NCBI GenBank assembly: GCA_963764165.1
Contig: CAVXRD010000001.1
Span: forward strand, 480,001-544,000
Direction of reading: 5' to 3'
Source of the DNA: an uncultured Verrucomicrobiae bacterium
GTDB taxonomy: Bacteria > Verrucomicrobiota > Verrucomicrobiia > Limisphaerales > Palsa-1400
DNA length: 64,000 nucleotides
The position numbers were made by a program, and so were the translations under genes. The notes below the pieces were generated by a model. It was not told the origin of the DNA. It did no database searches and worked only from the letters and a program-made list of their open reading frames with translations. Positions 19,516 to 28,418 of this stretch are shown piece by piece; the stretch's first letter is position 1, and each line of letters begins with the position of its first letter.

Positions 19516-20397
19516 CTATTCGGCCGGGGATGTGGAGATGGCGCGCCAGTCGTCGCGGCGCTGCTTGGCTTTGGCGAAAAATTCCTCGATGGCGGTCACG
19601 TCCTGGCGTTCGAGCGCAATCTGAAATTCCTGCAAATCCTCGATAAAAACGCCGAGAACGCGGGCCAGATTGTGCCGGTTTGCCAGCGCAATATCGCGCC
19701 ACATTTCCGCCGAGCCCGAGGCGATGCGCGTGGTGTCGCGAAATCCATTGGCGCACACAAGCGCCTGCTCCTTCGGATGGACCGGGCTCAAGATGTAATT
19801 GGCCAATTCCGCCGCGACGACGTGCGGCAAGTGGCTCGACCGGCTGACAAGGTCATCGTGAACTTCCGGCGTCAGGCGCAGCGGACGCCCGCCGACCGAT
19901 TTCCAAAATTCCTCGACTTGACTGATCGCGCCCGCCGTCGAAAAACGGCCGGGAGTGACGAGGCAGACCGCGTTTTCAAATAAATCCGCCCTCGCCGCCG
20001 CCACGCCGGATTTTTCCGAGCCGGCCATCGGATGGCTGCCGATAAATTCCGCGCCGACCTGGCGCGCGATCGGCTCCAGCTCCCGCACCACCGTTCCTTT
20101 GACACTGCCAACATCGGTGACAATCGCGCCGCGTTTCAGGAAGGCTTGAATTTGGTCCAGCAGCCCGGCCATTTGGGCCAGCGGCGTGCAGAGAATCACC
20201 AAATCCGCCCCGGTGACGGCCTCCTTGGCGTCCTTGGTCACGATATCGGCGATTCCGAGGGCGCGGCATTCCTCCAAAGAGGAATCGCGCCGAACGAAGG
20301 CCGAAATCCGAGCGGCCAACTGGCGTTGTCTGATGGCGAGAGCCAGGGAACCGCCCAGCAAGCCCGCACCGATGACACTGATGTTATTCCAGCGCAT
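19516..20397 (-). CDS. tyrA: Prephenate/arogenate dehydrogenase
   Basis: GAGLLGGS, TDVGSVK, HPMAGSE, HD..SHLPH, GFRDTTRIA. Confidence 0.95.
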   Translation of the reverse strand: MRWNNISVIGAGLLGGSLALAIRQRQLAARISAFVRRDSSLEECRALGIADIVTKDAKEAVTGADLVILCTPLAQMAGLLDQIQAFLKRGAIVTDVGSVKGTVVRELEPIARQVGAEFIGSHPMAGSEKSGVAAARADLFENAVCLVTPGRFSTAGAISQVEEFWKSVGGRPLRLTPEVHDDLVSRSSHLPHVVAAELANYILSPVHPKEQALVCANGFRDTTRIASGSAEMWRDIALANRHNLARVLGVFIEDLQEFQIALERQDVTAIEEFFAKAKQRRDDWRAISTSPAE

Positions 20398-20517
20398 TGA
20401 TCCCCGTGAGGGTACGCCATTCTCCCGTCAAGTCGAACGGAATTTTTGAAGCAGCTTCGCACTCGCCTGGTTCTGGCGAAGCTCCAAGCAGGACTCGTTC
20501 TTAATTTTGGCCTAAAG

Positions 20518-20700
20518 AATCACGGATGGGATCACGCATCGCCAATGGCCCGCCAGAAGGAAAGAAGCTTCGCGCAGAAAAGATGAGCGCGCGGAGCAAA
20601 TCCCCCTCCACTGAAAGCGGATGGGCGGCAGAATTCTTCATGCGGGCTTGCCGCCAAAGCGCCGTCGGCGCTCCATCGGCGGCCCCGCCAATCCGTGATT
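20518..20700. repeat. Small intergenic element bounded by a 10-bp inverted repeat, sharing a 41-bp block with 52566..52606
   Basis: AATCACGGAT (20518-27) / ATCCGTGATT (20691-700); 20559-20599 matches 52566-52606 at 36/41. Confidence 0.55.
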
Positions 20701-21031
20701 ACGCCTCTTTCGGGATTAATTCAGCAGCCAGAATGGCGGCCTTTTGCCCCGAAACCCGAATTTTCAATTTGCGGCGCAGGTAGGTGTCCTCGCGATTGAA
20801 GCTCTGAAAGCTCAGCAAGTGGCCCTGCGCCTCCCAGCGCGTCGACTTTTCACCCAAGGCCCGCAAGAACTCGAGGTCCACCGCGAAAAGATCCCGCTTA
20901 AAAATGCGGATTATCGGCGCGAAGAGCTTGGCGTGCGGGTAAAGGCACTCTTGCAGCGCTTTATTTTCATATTCTGATTCGGGACAGCCAAATTTTTCAC
21001 AAAAACGCGCTCGGAAATTTTGGTTTATCAC
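20699..21031 (-). CDS. Small hypothetical protein (about 110 aa)
   Basis: Protein-like 3' part of ORF 20699..21193 (NFRARFCEKFGCP...LYPHA...LRRKLKIRVSGQK); GTG at 21031 preferred as start. Confidence 0.6.
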   Translation of the reverse strand: MINQNFRARFCEKFGCPESEYENKALQECLYPHAKLFAPIIRIFKRDLFAVDLEFLRALGEKSTRWEAQGHLLSFQSFNREDTYLRRKLKIRVSGQKAAILAAELIPKEA

Positions 21032-21514
21032 TGTACACGGTATCCAAGTTGCCAACCCTGATTCAGCAAGGCGACATGTTTTTCCACAAAACATCGCAGT
21101 TTGCAACGATTGCTCAAGCCGTTGCACTTGACAGAACCGGGAAGGATTACAAAATACGGCTCCAAACTTTTCAACAGCCGGATAGCTGCGCACAGCCTTG
21201 AAAAAAGCCGAATTGAGTTCGATCGACCGGGATTTGCAATGGCTGCCTTGGTTTCAGGCCCCCCATCGCCGCGAAAACAATGAAAGGCTTTTCTCGATCT
21301 GTCAAGAGCCAAAGTGTTAAACATAAGACACATCCACAAGGAGCTCTTTCCGGGTGCAATATAACATCCCACCGCGGGCAAAGCCCGCATGGGTCATTTG
21401 CCTACCCCAAAAACTCAGGTTTTCCCGCAGCCCCGATTCATCTGAAATATCCGTAGCTCTTTCGGGGGAGACGCGATTGCACCGGCCCCTAAATTCGGCG
21501 ATACAATTTCAACG

Positions 21515-24500
21515 TTGAAGCTGAAAAGGATTAACAAATCTCGCGCGCTTGGGCCACTGATTCCCAGCCAGCCACGAATATATTCCGCTCCGCCGGTGGA
21601 TGGAGAGGATATTCGCCAAGATGGCGCGGCCAACGACGGAGCCCCCGCAAAAATCGTCGGCATAGGCGCCTCCGCGGGAGGCTTGGAGGCGTTTACCGAA
21701 CTGCTGCGTCATTTGCCTATCGATGCGGGTGTCGCCTATGTTTTGGTCCAGCATCTTGATCCCACCCATCCGAGCCTTCTTTCCGAATTGCTGGGAAAAG
21801 CCACCACCCTTCCCGTCCGCGAGGTAAAGGAAGGGACGGCGGTGATGGGGAACAACATTTATGTCATCCCGCCAAATTGCGATTTGGCCATCCGCAGCGG
21901 CGTGCTGAAGTTGTCACCGCGCGAAAGAGGCGCAGGGCCCGCGCGCTCGATTGATTCGTTTCTCAAGTCGCTGGCTGAGGACCAGGGCGAGCGGGCCATT
22001 GGCGTGATTTTGTCCGGCGCGGGCTCCGACGGTTCGCAGGGGTTGAAGGCGATCAAAGAGGCGGGCGGAATCACCTTCGCCCAGGACGACCGGTCCGCCA
22101 AGTACGACAGCATGCCGCGAAGCGCGCTGAGCACGGGATGTGTGGATTTCGTGCTGCCGCCGCAAAAGATCGCGGAAGAAATCGCCCGGATTATTTTAAG
22201 GCCTGACGCCTCAAAGGGCCGCGCGGCGGCCAACGCCAAAACGCGGCGGTCTTCTCCGCGGATGAATTCGCGGGCATCCGGCCCGATGGCCAACTTCCCA
22301 CCCGCGCCGGAGGATGCGAATCTGCGGAAGCTTTTCCAGATGCTTCGCGCCAAGACGGCGGTCGATTTCGGCTACTACAAGCCAAACACCATTCGCCGCC
22401 GCCTAGCCCGGCGGATGGGTCTGTGCAAGGTCGCCAATATCGAAGGTTATCTGAAATTCATCCGGGACAATCCGCCGGAGTTGGAGGCGTTGCATCGCGA
22501 TTTTCTGATCAACGTCACAAACTTTTTCAGGAATCCGCGAGTGTTCGAGACGCTGAAGCGCCGTGTTTTCCCAAAACTCATCAAGAATTACACGGGGGCG
22601 GATCCGCTGCGCTTTTGGGTGGCCGGCTGCTCGACCGGCCAGGAGGCCTACTCGATGGCCATGGCTTACGCGGAATTCGCCGAGCAGGCCGCGACGGCCG
22701 TGAACGTGCAGATTTTCGCCACGGATGTAAACGCGGCGGTGTTGGACCAGGCGCGCTCGGGCCGGTACTCAACAGCGATGCTGGAGGGCGTCTCCGAAAC
22801 GCGCCGGCAAAAGTTCTTTTTCAAGGAGGACGGCCATTTCCGTGTCAGCAAGCCCATCCGCGACATGGTGGTTTTCGCGCAGCAGAACCTTTTGCTTGAC
22901 CCCCCCTTCACACGCGTCGACCTGGTGAGCTGCCGGAATGTTTTGATCTATCTCGATTCGGCGATCCAGCAGAAGATCATCCCGACCTTCCATTACGCCC
23001 TCAAGCCAAACGGCTATTTGCTTTTGGGAACGTCGGAGTCCGCGGCGTCATTTCATACGTTATTTGACTCGATTGAAAAAGCGCACCGGGTTTACCTTAA
23101 AAAACCTGCCTCGACGTGGCTCTATTTCGACCGCCCCCCGTCTGTTCCCTCTTTGAACCGGACGACCGCCAACACGCCGACCACCATCACGCGCGAAGAG
23201 TTCAGTTTGCTGGATGCGCAAAAGGAGGCCGACCGCGTGCTGCTTTCAAGCTACACGCCAGCCAGCGTCTTGATCAATGACGCGGGGGATGTCCTGCAAT
23301 TTCGCGGCCCGGCCGACCGGTTTCTCCACGTGCCCTCCGGCAAAGCGTCGTTTCAATTGCCGAAAATGGTGGGCGAAACGCTGGCCGCCCCGCTGGAGCG
23401 CGCCATCAAAAAAGCCCGCGCCGAATCACGCACCGCCCTCGAACGCGACGTTCCCTTCGACAAGAAAAAATCATTGCTCGATATCGAGGTCGTGCCGCTG
23501 CGGAATCTGCGGGCCAAATGCTTCTTGGTAATTTTCCGCCCCATCCCAGCCCGGCTCAAGGCGTTGCGAGTCCTTCCTGAATTGAAGGGCGCGCGGGCGG
23601 CGGACGCGAAAACTCTCCGGCAAGTGGCGGAATTGAAGCATGATCTGCTGGAATCGCGCGAGCGCTACAACGCGTTGCAGGAGGAACACGAGACTTCCAC
23701 CGAGGAATTGCAGGCTTCCAACGAGGAAGTCCAATCCGCCAACGAGGAATTGCAGAGCCTCAACGAGGAATTGGAAACCTCGAATGAGGAGCTGGAGTCC
23801 GCCAACGAGGAACTGACCACTCTCAACGAGGAATTGGCCACCCGCAACACCGAGTTGCGCGAGAGCGAGCAGCGTTTGCGCGAACAGGCGCAATTGCTGG
23901 AAATGGCCCCCATCCTCGCCCGGTCCGCGAAGGATCGGATTATTTTCTGGAGCCGCGGCGCGGAAAAAATGTACGGATTCTCGTCTGACGACGCCGTCGG
24001 ACAAATCGCCCACATTCTCCTCGGCACTGAATTTCCGCAGCCGATTGAAAAGATCCAAAGCGAACTGCTCCGGCACGGCCATTGGGAAGGCGAGGTCAGG
24101 CATCGCCGCAAGGATGGCCACGTTATTTCGGTCGCGACGCAATGGGTCGTCCAGCACGATGAGCAGAACAAGGTGCGCGCGGTTTTGGAGGTCAACACAG
24201 ACATTACCGACCGCATCGAGGCCGAACAAAATCTGGCGAGAACGGAACAGTTCAATCGCAGCATTCTCAAATCAAGCCCCGACTGCATCACGGTGCTGGA
24301 CTTGGACGGCCGCATGATTTTCAGCAACCCGCCGGACCCGTCGCACGATTTCCCGGACTTCAAGAGTTGCGGCGAGCGTTATTGGCCAGGCTGCTGGCTT
24401 GGTGTGGCAAGAGAACCCGCGGATCTGGCTTACCGCGAAGGGCTGGCCGGAAAACGATCCCATTTCGAAGCGCAATATCCAACCGCCAAGGGCGTGATGA

Positions 24501-25882
24501 AATGGTGGGATGTCGTCATTGGCCCCATTCTCGGCCTGAATGGAAAGCCGGAAAAACTCCTGTGCGTGGCGCGCGACATCACCGAGCACAAGCTGGTGGA
24601 AATGGCGACCGTCGAACGCAGCAAGCGCGCCGCTCTTCGCGCCGAGATCGCCCTGCAAGTAGCCAGCACTGGCCCGCTGAACGAATCGCTGCAGCGCGTC
24701 ACCGACGCTCTGGTGCAGCGCCTTGGACTCTCCTTTGCCCGAATCTGGACTTTGGCGGACGGCGCGGAAGAATTGGAATTGCGCGCCAGCGCGGGAATGT
24801 ACACGCATCTGGACGGCGCGCATTCTCGCATCAAGCTTGGCCAGAAAAAAATCGGACGCATTGCTTCCACCCGCCAGCCGGTGGTGACCAACGATGTCCA
24901 GCACGACAACGAAATTTCAGACCGCGAATGGGCCAAGCGCGAACGCATGATCGCGTTTGCCGGCTTCCCGATGATTGTGAACGACCGGGTCGTCGGAGTC
25001 CTCGGAGTATTCAGCCGCCATGCCATGCCAGAGGCGTCGGTATTGGAATTGAACTTTTCCGCCGAAGCGGTGGGCCAGTTGATTCAACGAAAACAGGCTG
25101 AACAATCCTTGCGCAACGCAGAGGAGCAATTGCGCGATTACGCCTCGAACCTGGAACGAAAAGTCCGCGAGCGCACCGCCTCGCTGCAGGAGGTCATTTC
25201 GCAGTTGGAGGAATTTTCCTACAGCGTGTCGCACGATTTGCGGGCGCCGCTCCGGGCCATGCAGGGCTATGCCACGGCGATCCTGGAGGATTACGGGGAG
25301 CGCATGAATCAACCCGGCAAGGCGCACTTGGATCGCATTATCCGCAACGCCTCGCGCATGGATCGTTTGATCCAGGATATCCTTACTTACAGCAGGCTGG
25401 GCCGGCAGGACATCCGCCTCAACGCCGTGCCGCTGGCGCAGATGGTGGAGGAAGTCATTCAGCACCGGCCGGAAATCAATTCGCTGGGCGTCGACATTAA
25501 GGTTGGGGAAATTCACGATACCGTGCTGTGCCATGAGCCATCGCTCGCCCAGGCCATTTTCAATTTGTTGAGCAATGCCATCAAGTTCGTGGCTCCCGGC
25601 ACCAAGCCGGAGCCGCGCATTTGGGCCGAGCGGCGCGACAAGCACGTCCGCCTCTGGGTGCAGGACAATGGCATTGGCATCAAGCCGGAGTATCAGAGCC
25701 GCCTGTTTGGCGTCTTCGAGCGCATCCACCCGGATACGAAATACGAGGGGACCGGCATCGGTTTGGCCATCGTTCGGAAAGCCGTCGAACGAATGAATGG
25801 CAAGGTTGGCGTGGAATCCGACGGCATCAATGGCAGCAAATTCTGGATAGAAATTCCTGCCGCAGAGAACGGCGAATCATGA
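21515..25882 (+). CDS. CheB-CheR fusion sensor histidine kinase (CheB, CheR, PAS, coiled coil, PAS, PAS, GAF, HisKA, HATPase)
   Basis: GASAGG, VQH and GAGSDG (CheB triad); WVAGCSTGQE, ATD, SCRNVLIY (CheR); EELQ.SNEE heptads; SHDLRAPL; NAIKF, DNGIG, GTGIGL. Confidence 0.95.
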   Translation: MKLKRINKSRALGPLIPSQPRIYSAPPVDGEDIRQDGAANDGAPAKIVGIGASAGGLEAFTELLRHLPIDAGVAYVLVQHLDPTHPSLLSELLGKATTLPVREVKEGTAVMGNNIYVIPPNCDLAIRSGVLKLSPRERGAGPARSIDSFLKSLAEDQGERAIGVILSGAGSDGSQGLKAIKEAGGITFAQDDRSAKYDSMPRSALSTGCVDFVLPPQKIAEEIARIILRPDASKGRAAANAKTRRSSPRMNSRASGPMANFPPAPEDANLRKLFQMLRAKTAVDFGYYKPNTIRRRLARRMGLCKVANIEGYLKFIRDNPPELEALHRDFLINVTNFFRNPRVFETLKRRVFPKLIKNYTGADPLRFWVAGCSTGQEAYSMAMAYAEFAEQAATAVNVQIFATDVNAAVLDQARSGRYSTAMLEGVSETRRQKFFFKEDGHFRVSKPIRDMVVFAQQNLLLDPPFTRVDLVSCRNVLIYLDSAIQQKIIPTFHYALKPNGYLLLGTSESAASFHTLFDSIEKAHRVYLKKPASTWLYFDRPPSVPSLNRTTANTPTTITREEFSLLDAQKEADRVLLSSYTPASVLINDAGDVLQFRGPADRFLHVPSGKASFQLPKMVGETLAAPLERAIKKARAESRTALERDVPFDKKKSLLDIEVVPLRNLRAKCFLVIFRPIPARLKALRVLPELKGARAADAKTLRQVAELKHDLLESRERYNALQEEHETSTEELQASNEEVQSANEELQSLNEELETSNEELESANEELTTLNEELATRNTELRESEQRLREQAQLLEMAPILARSAKDRIIFWSRGAEKMYGFSSDDAVGQIAHILLGTEFPQPIEKIQSELLRHGHWEGEVRHRRKDGHVISVATQWVVQHDEQNKVRAVLEVNTDITDRIEAEQNLARTEQFNRSILKSSPDCITVLDLDGRMIFSNPPDPSHDFPDFKSCGERYWPGCWLGVAREPADLAYREGLAGKRSHFEAQYPTAKGVMKWWDVVIGPILGLNGKPEKLLCVARDITEHKLVEMATVERSKRAALRAEIALQVASTGPLNESLQRVTDALVQRLGLSFARIWTLADGAEELELRASAGMYTHLDGAHSRIKLGQKKIGRIASTRQPVVTNDVQHDNEISDREWAKRERMIAFAGFPMIVNDRVVGVLGVFSRHAMPEASVLELNFSAEAVGQLIQRKQAEQSLRNAEEQLRDYASNLERKVRERTASLQEVISQLEEFSYSVSHDLRAPLRAMQGYATAILEDYGERMNQPGKAHLDRIIRNASRMDRLIQDILTYSRLGRQDIRLNAVPLAQMVEEVIQHRPEINSLGVDIKVGEIHDTVLCHEPSLAQAIFNLLSNAIKFVAPGTKPEPRIWAERRDKHVRLWVQDNGIGIKPEYQSRLFGVFERIHPDTKYEGTGIGLAIVRKAVERMNGKVGVESDGINGSKFWIEIPAAENGES

Positions 25883-26334
25883 AAACGACAGAAACCCAAT
25901 TGCTGCTTGTGGAGGACAATGAGGACGATGTGTTCCTCATGCAGCGCGCCTTCGAAAAAAGCAAACTGACACTCCCCATGCGCGTCATTTGCGACGGCCA
26001 GGAAGCGCTCGATTTCCTCAAGGGCGCGGGCCAGTATTCTGACCGGCACGAGTATCCTCTTCCCGCCGCCATCTTTCTCGATCTCAAACTGCCCTACATT
26101 CATGGCTTCGAGATTCTAAAATGGATTCGCCAGGATGCCGCCACTCGCAACATTCCAGTTTATGTTCTGACCTCCTCCCTGGAGGAACGCGACCGGCGTC
26201 AGGCCATCGAACTGGGGGCGCAGGATTACCTCGTCAAGCCTCCCAGCGCGCAGATGCTCGTCAGCGTCGCGGCCCTGCTGGGCATTCCGGGCGCGGCTTC
26301 GGTCCCGATGCCTTCGAGCGTGGTGGCGGCATAA
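25879..26334 (+). CDS. Single-domain response regulator
   Basis: ATGA overlap with the kinase stop; LLVEDNEDD, FLDLKLP, VLTSS, YLVKP. Confidence 0.93.
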   Translation: MKTTETQLLLVEDNEDDVFLMQRAFEKSKLTLPMRVICDGQEALDFLKGAGQYSDRHEYPLPAAIFLDLKLPYIHGFEILKWIRQDAATRNIPVYVLTSSLEERDRRQAIELGAQDYLVKPPSAQMLVSVAALLGIPGAASVPMPSSVVAA

Positions 26335-26339
26335 GTTAA

Positions 26340-26364
26340 GGCAGGGACGCCTCGGCGAGGCGTC
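26340..26364. repeat. REP hairpin between convergent genes
   Basis: GGCAGGGACGCCTCGGCGAGGCGTC; same family as 57132-57155 and 57268-57294. Confidence 0.7.
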
Positions 26365-26385
26365 TTCGCCTTCAAGAGCACACGG

Positions 26386-27468
26386 TCATCGCGCGTTTGG
26401 CCGGCTCGGGCTTTCCGCCGGCTCGATAGTCAATTCTAATTTCTCCGTGCCGCGCAATATCCCTAGCGGCGATTTCACGCCAATCTCCCTCCCCATCAAC
26501 GCTCGTTGAAGATCGTCAATGCTGGCGAGCGGCTGGCCTTTGAACGAAACGAGCGTGTCGCCCTCCCGCAAGCCGCTGACGGCAGCCGGGCTGCCCGGCT
26601 CAACGCCGAGCACGAGCACGCCGCTGGGCGAACCGAGCCGGTGAAAGCGGGCGATTCTCGGATGTATCGCCGCAGTCTGCCCCATCACGCCAATCCAGCT
26701 CCGCCGCAGCCGGCCCTCTTTGATCAGCCAAGCCGCGACCAATTCCGCCGTGTTGCTGGCAATCGCAAAACAGATTCCCTGCGCGGGCAGGATAATCGCC
26801 GTATTCACGCCGATGACTTCGCCCCGCGAATTCACCAGCGGGCCACCAGAGTTGCCGGGGTTTAAGGCCGCATCCGTTTGCACAATGTTGTCAATCAAGC
26901 GTCCCGATTGGCTCCTCATGGAGCGCCCCAGCGCGCTGACGACTCCCGCCGTCAGGGTCTGCTGAAATCCAAACGGGCTGCCAATGGCAATCGCGATCTG
27001 GCCCACCCGCAATTTTCGCGAGTCGCCAAACTTTACGAAAGAAAGCCCTGGGGCGTTGATGCGAATCACGGCCAGGTCGGATTCAGGATCGTCGCCGACC
27101 AATTCCGCCGGGAAGACTCGCGTGTCCGCCAGCGTCACCTCCATGCGCTCCGCGCCATGCACGACATGGCTGTTGGTGACGATGTAGCCGTCCGGCGCGA
27201 CGATGAAGCCGGAGCCGCCGGATTCCTGGCGTCCCCCTTGTTGCGGCGCGTTGGAGTTGGCCCCCGCGGAACGCCCCACGCGAATGTTGACCACCGCCCG
27301 GCTGACGCTGGCGGCCACGCCGCTGACCGTTTGTGAATACACGTCGAGCAATTCGCCATCGTCGACTGATTCGGGGAGACTCGCGCTTTTTTCCGGGGTC
27401 GCCGGTTCGACCACGAGCGGCGCTTCCGCCACTCCCCTCCCGCCTTGATATATTCTTCTTATCTTCAT
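26386..27468 (-). CDS. HtrA/DegP-family trypsin-like serine protease with one PDZ domain
   Basis: GSGFI, TNSHVV, DLAVI, TDAALNPGNSGGPL; C-terminal PDZ (GSPAAVSGLREGD). No signal peptide evident. Confidence 0.93.
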   Translation of the reverse strand: MKIRRIYQGGRGVAEAPLVVEPATPEKSASLPESVDDGELLDVYSQTVSGVAASVSRAVVNIRVGRSAGANSNAPQQGGRQESGGSGFIVAPDGYIVTNSHVVHGAERMEVTLADTRVFPAELVGDDPESDLAVIRINAPGLSFVKFGDSRKLRVGQIAIAIGSPFGFQQTLTAGVVSALGRSMRSQSGRLIDNIVQTDAALNPGNSGGPLVNSRGEVIGVNTAIILPAQGICFAIASNTAELVAAWLIKEGRLRRSWIGVMGQTAAIHPRIARFHRLGSPSGVLVLGVEPGSPAAVSGLREGDTLVSFKGQPLASIDDLQRALMGREIGVKSPLGILRGTEKLELTIEPAESPSRPNAR

Positions 27469-27599
27469 AATAACTGACGCAATATCTGACAGCGCGAACT
27501 TATTTCAACCAGAGTCAGGGGTGCGTCGTTTACCGTGCCGAAGCCTCAGAGATGGATCCTTCGCTGCCTTTGTTTTGCTTCTGTTATATAATCTCCAAA

Positions 27600-27705
27600 A
27601 AGGGGCAACATCCGCTACACTGTTGATTATAAGACATTTAAGGGGCAACATTGCCGCTACAAACCCGCTACAAACCCGCTACAGACCCGCTACAGACCCG
27701 CTACA
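27600..27705. repeat. Tandem 11-bp-period repeat array
   Basis: CCGCTACA at 27654, 27665, 27676, 27687, 27698 and 27612; AAGGGGCAACAT at 27600 and 27640. Confidence 0.9.
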
Positions 27706-27787
27706 TTTGGTCCGGCTGGAGCCACTTGAATGAAATAGGGTGGTTCCCATCGCATCCCAAGGCTTTCATCGCGGAAGCCTCTGAGCT

Positions 27788-28111
27788 GAGAGCGTGTCTT
27801 GAAAATACCTTGGGAAAGGGATTGCGAGCGCGGCCGGGCGGATGGCGAGGCAGCCCGCAAAGCGGGCAGCTATTAATTTGTTCTGACTCGAAGAAGGAGA
27901 ATATCCCTCGTGGATCTTCGACTGAGGAGCAACGACCTGTCCTCCGTTGCCATGGCGAAGGAGGAAGCCAGCCGCCCCGCCCCGCCCCGGCGGGCTGCCT
28001 TGCCAGAAGCCCGCCCCAAGCCAGCGCGCCCAACCCCTATTTATGAGATGGATTCTAGCAAATCGAGGCTGCCGCCGAGCCACCTTCGGCGTACGGCTCG
28101 GCAGAGGTCTC
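27788..28111. repeat. Nested palindromic (MITE/REP-like) repeat cluster
   Basis: Inverted pair TGGCGAGGCAGCCCGC (27843-58) / GCGGGCTGCCTTGCCA (27990-28005); hairpin TCCTCCGTTGCCATGGCGAAGGAGGA; REP GAGGCTGCCGCCGAGCC..GGCTCGGCAGAGGTCTC (28065-28111) related to 17300-17363. Confidence 0.55.
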
Positions 28112-28418
28112 CAACGGCCCCAACGGATCGTGCGAACGTCCAAGGAACCCACAACATATCGGCGATCCTAGGCAGCCTCTGATAGCTAGCCAACAACATG
28201 CCACATTCTCGTTTAAAAAACTTGACATGCAGCATTAAAGTGGTATCGGTGCTTTCGTAACAGCCAAAGAGTGGGTGTAACACATAACCTGACATGGCGA
28301 TTCCCCCCTGCAACTTGGAATCGGGGTTTTCTTGAAGATTGCATTCTTTCCCAGGGAAAGGGCCTTAATCGGGATCACCGGCAATTGACAATATGGCAAA
28401 TCGATAACTTTTACTCTT

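Noticed and set aside
23690..23850. 21-bp periodic DNA repeat
   Set aside because: Fully explained by the heptad coiled coil of the CheB-CheR kinase.
27600..27705. Possible CRISPR array
   Set aside because: Unit is only 11 bp, there are no unique spacers and no cas genes.
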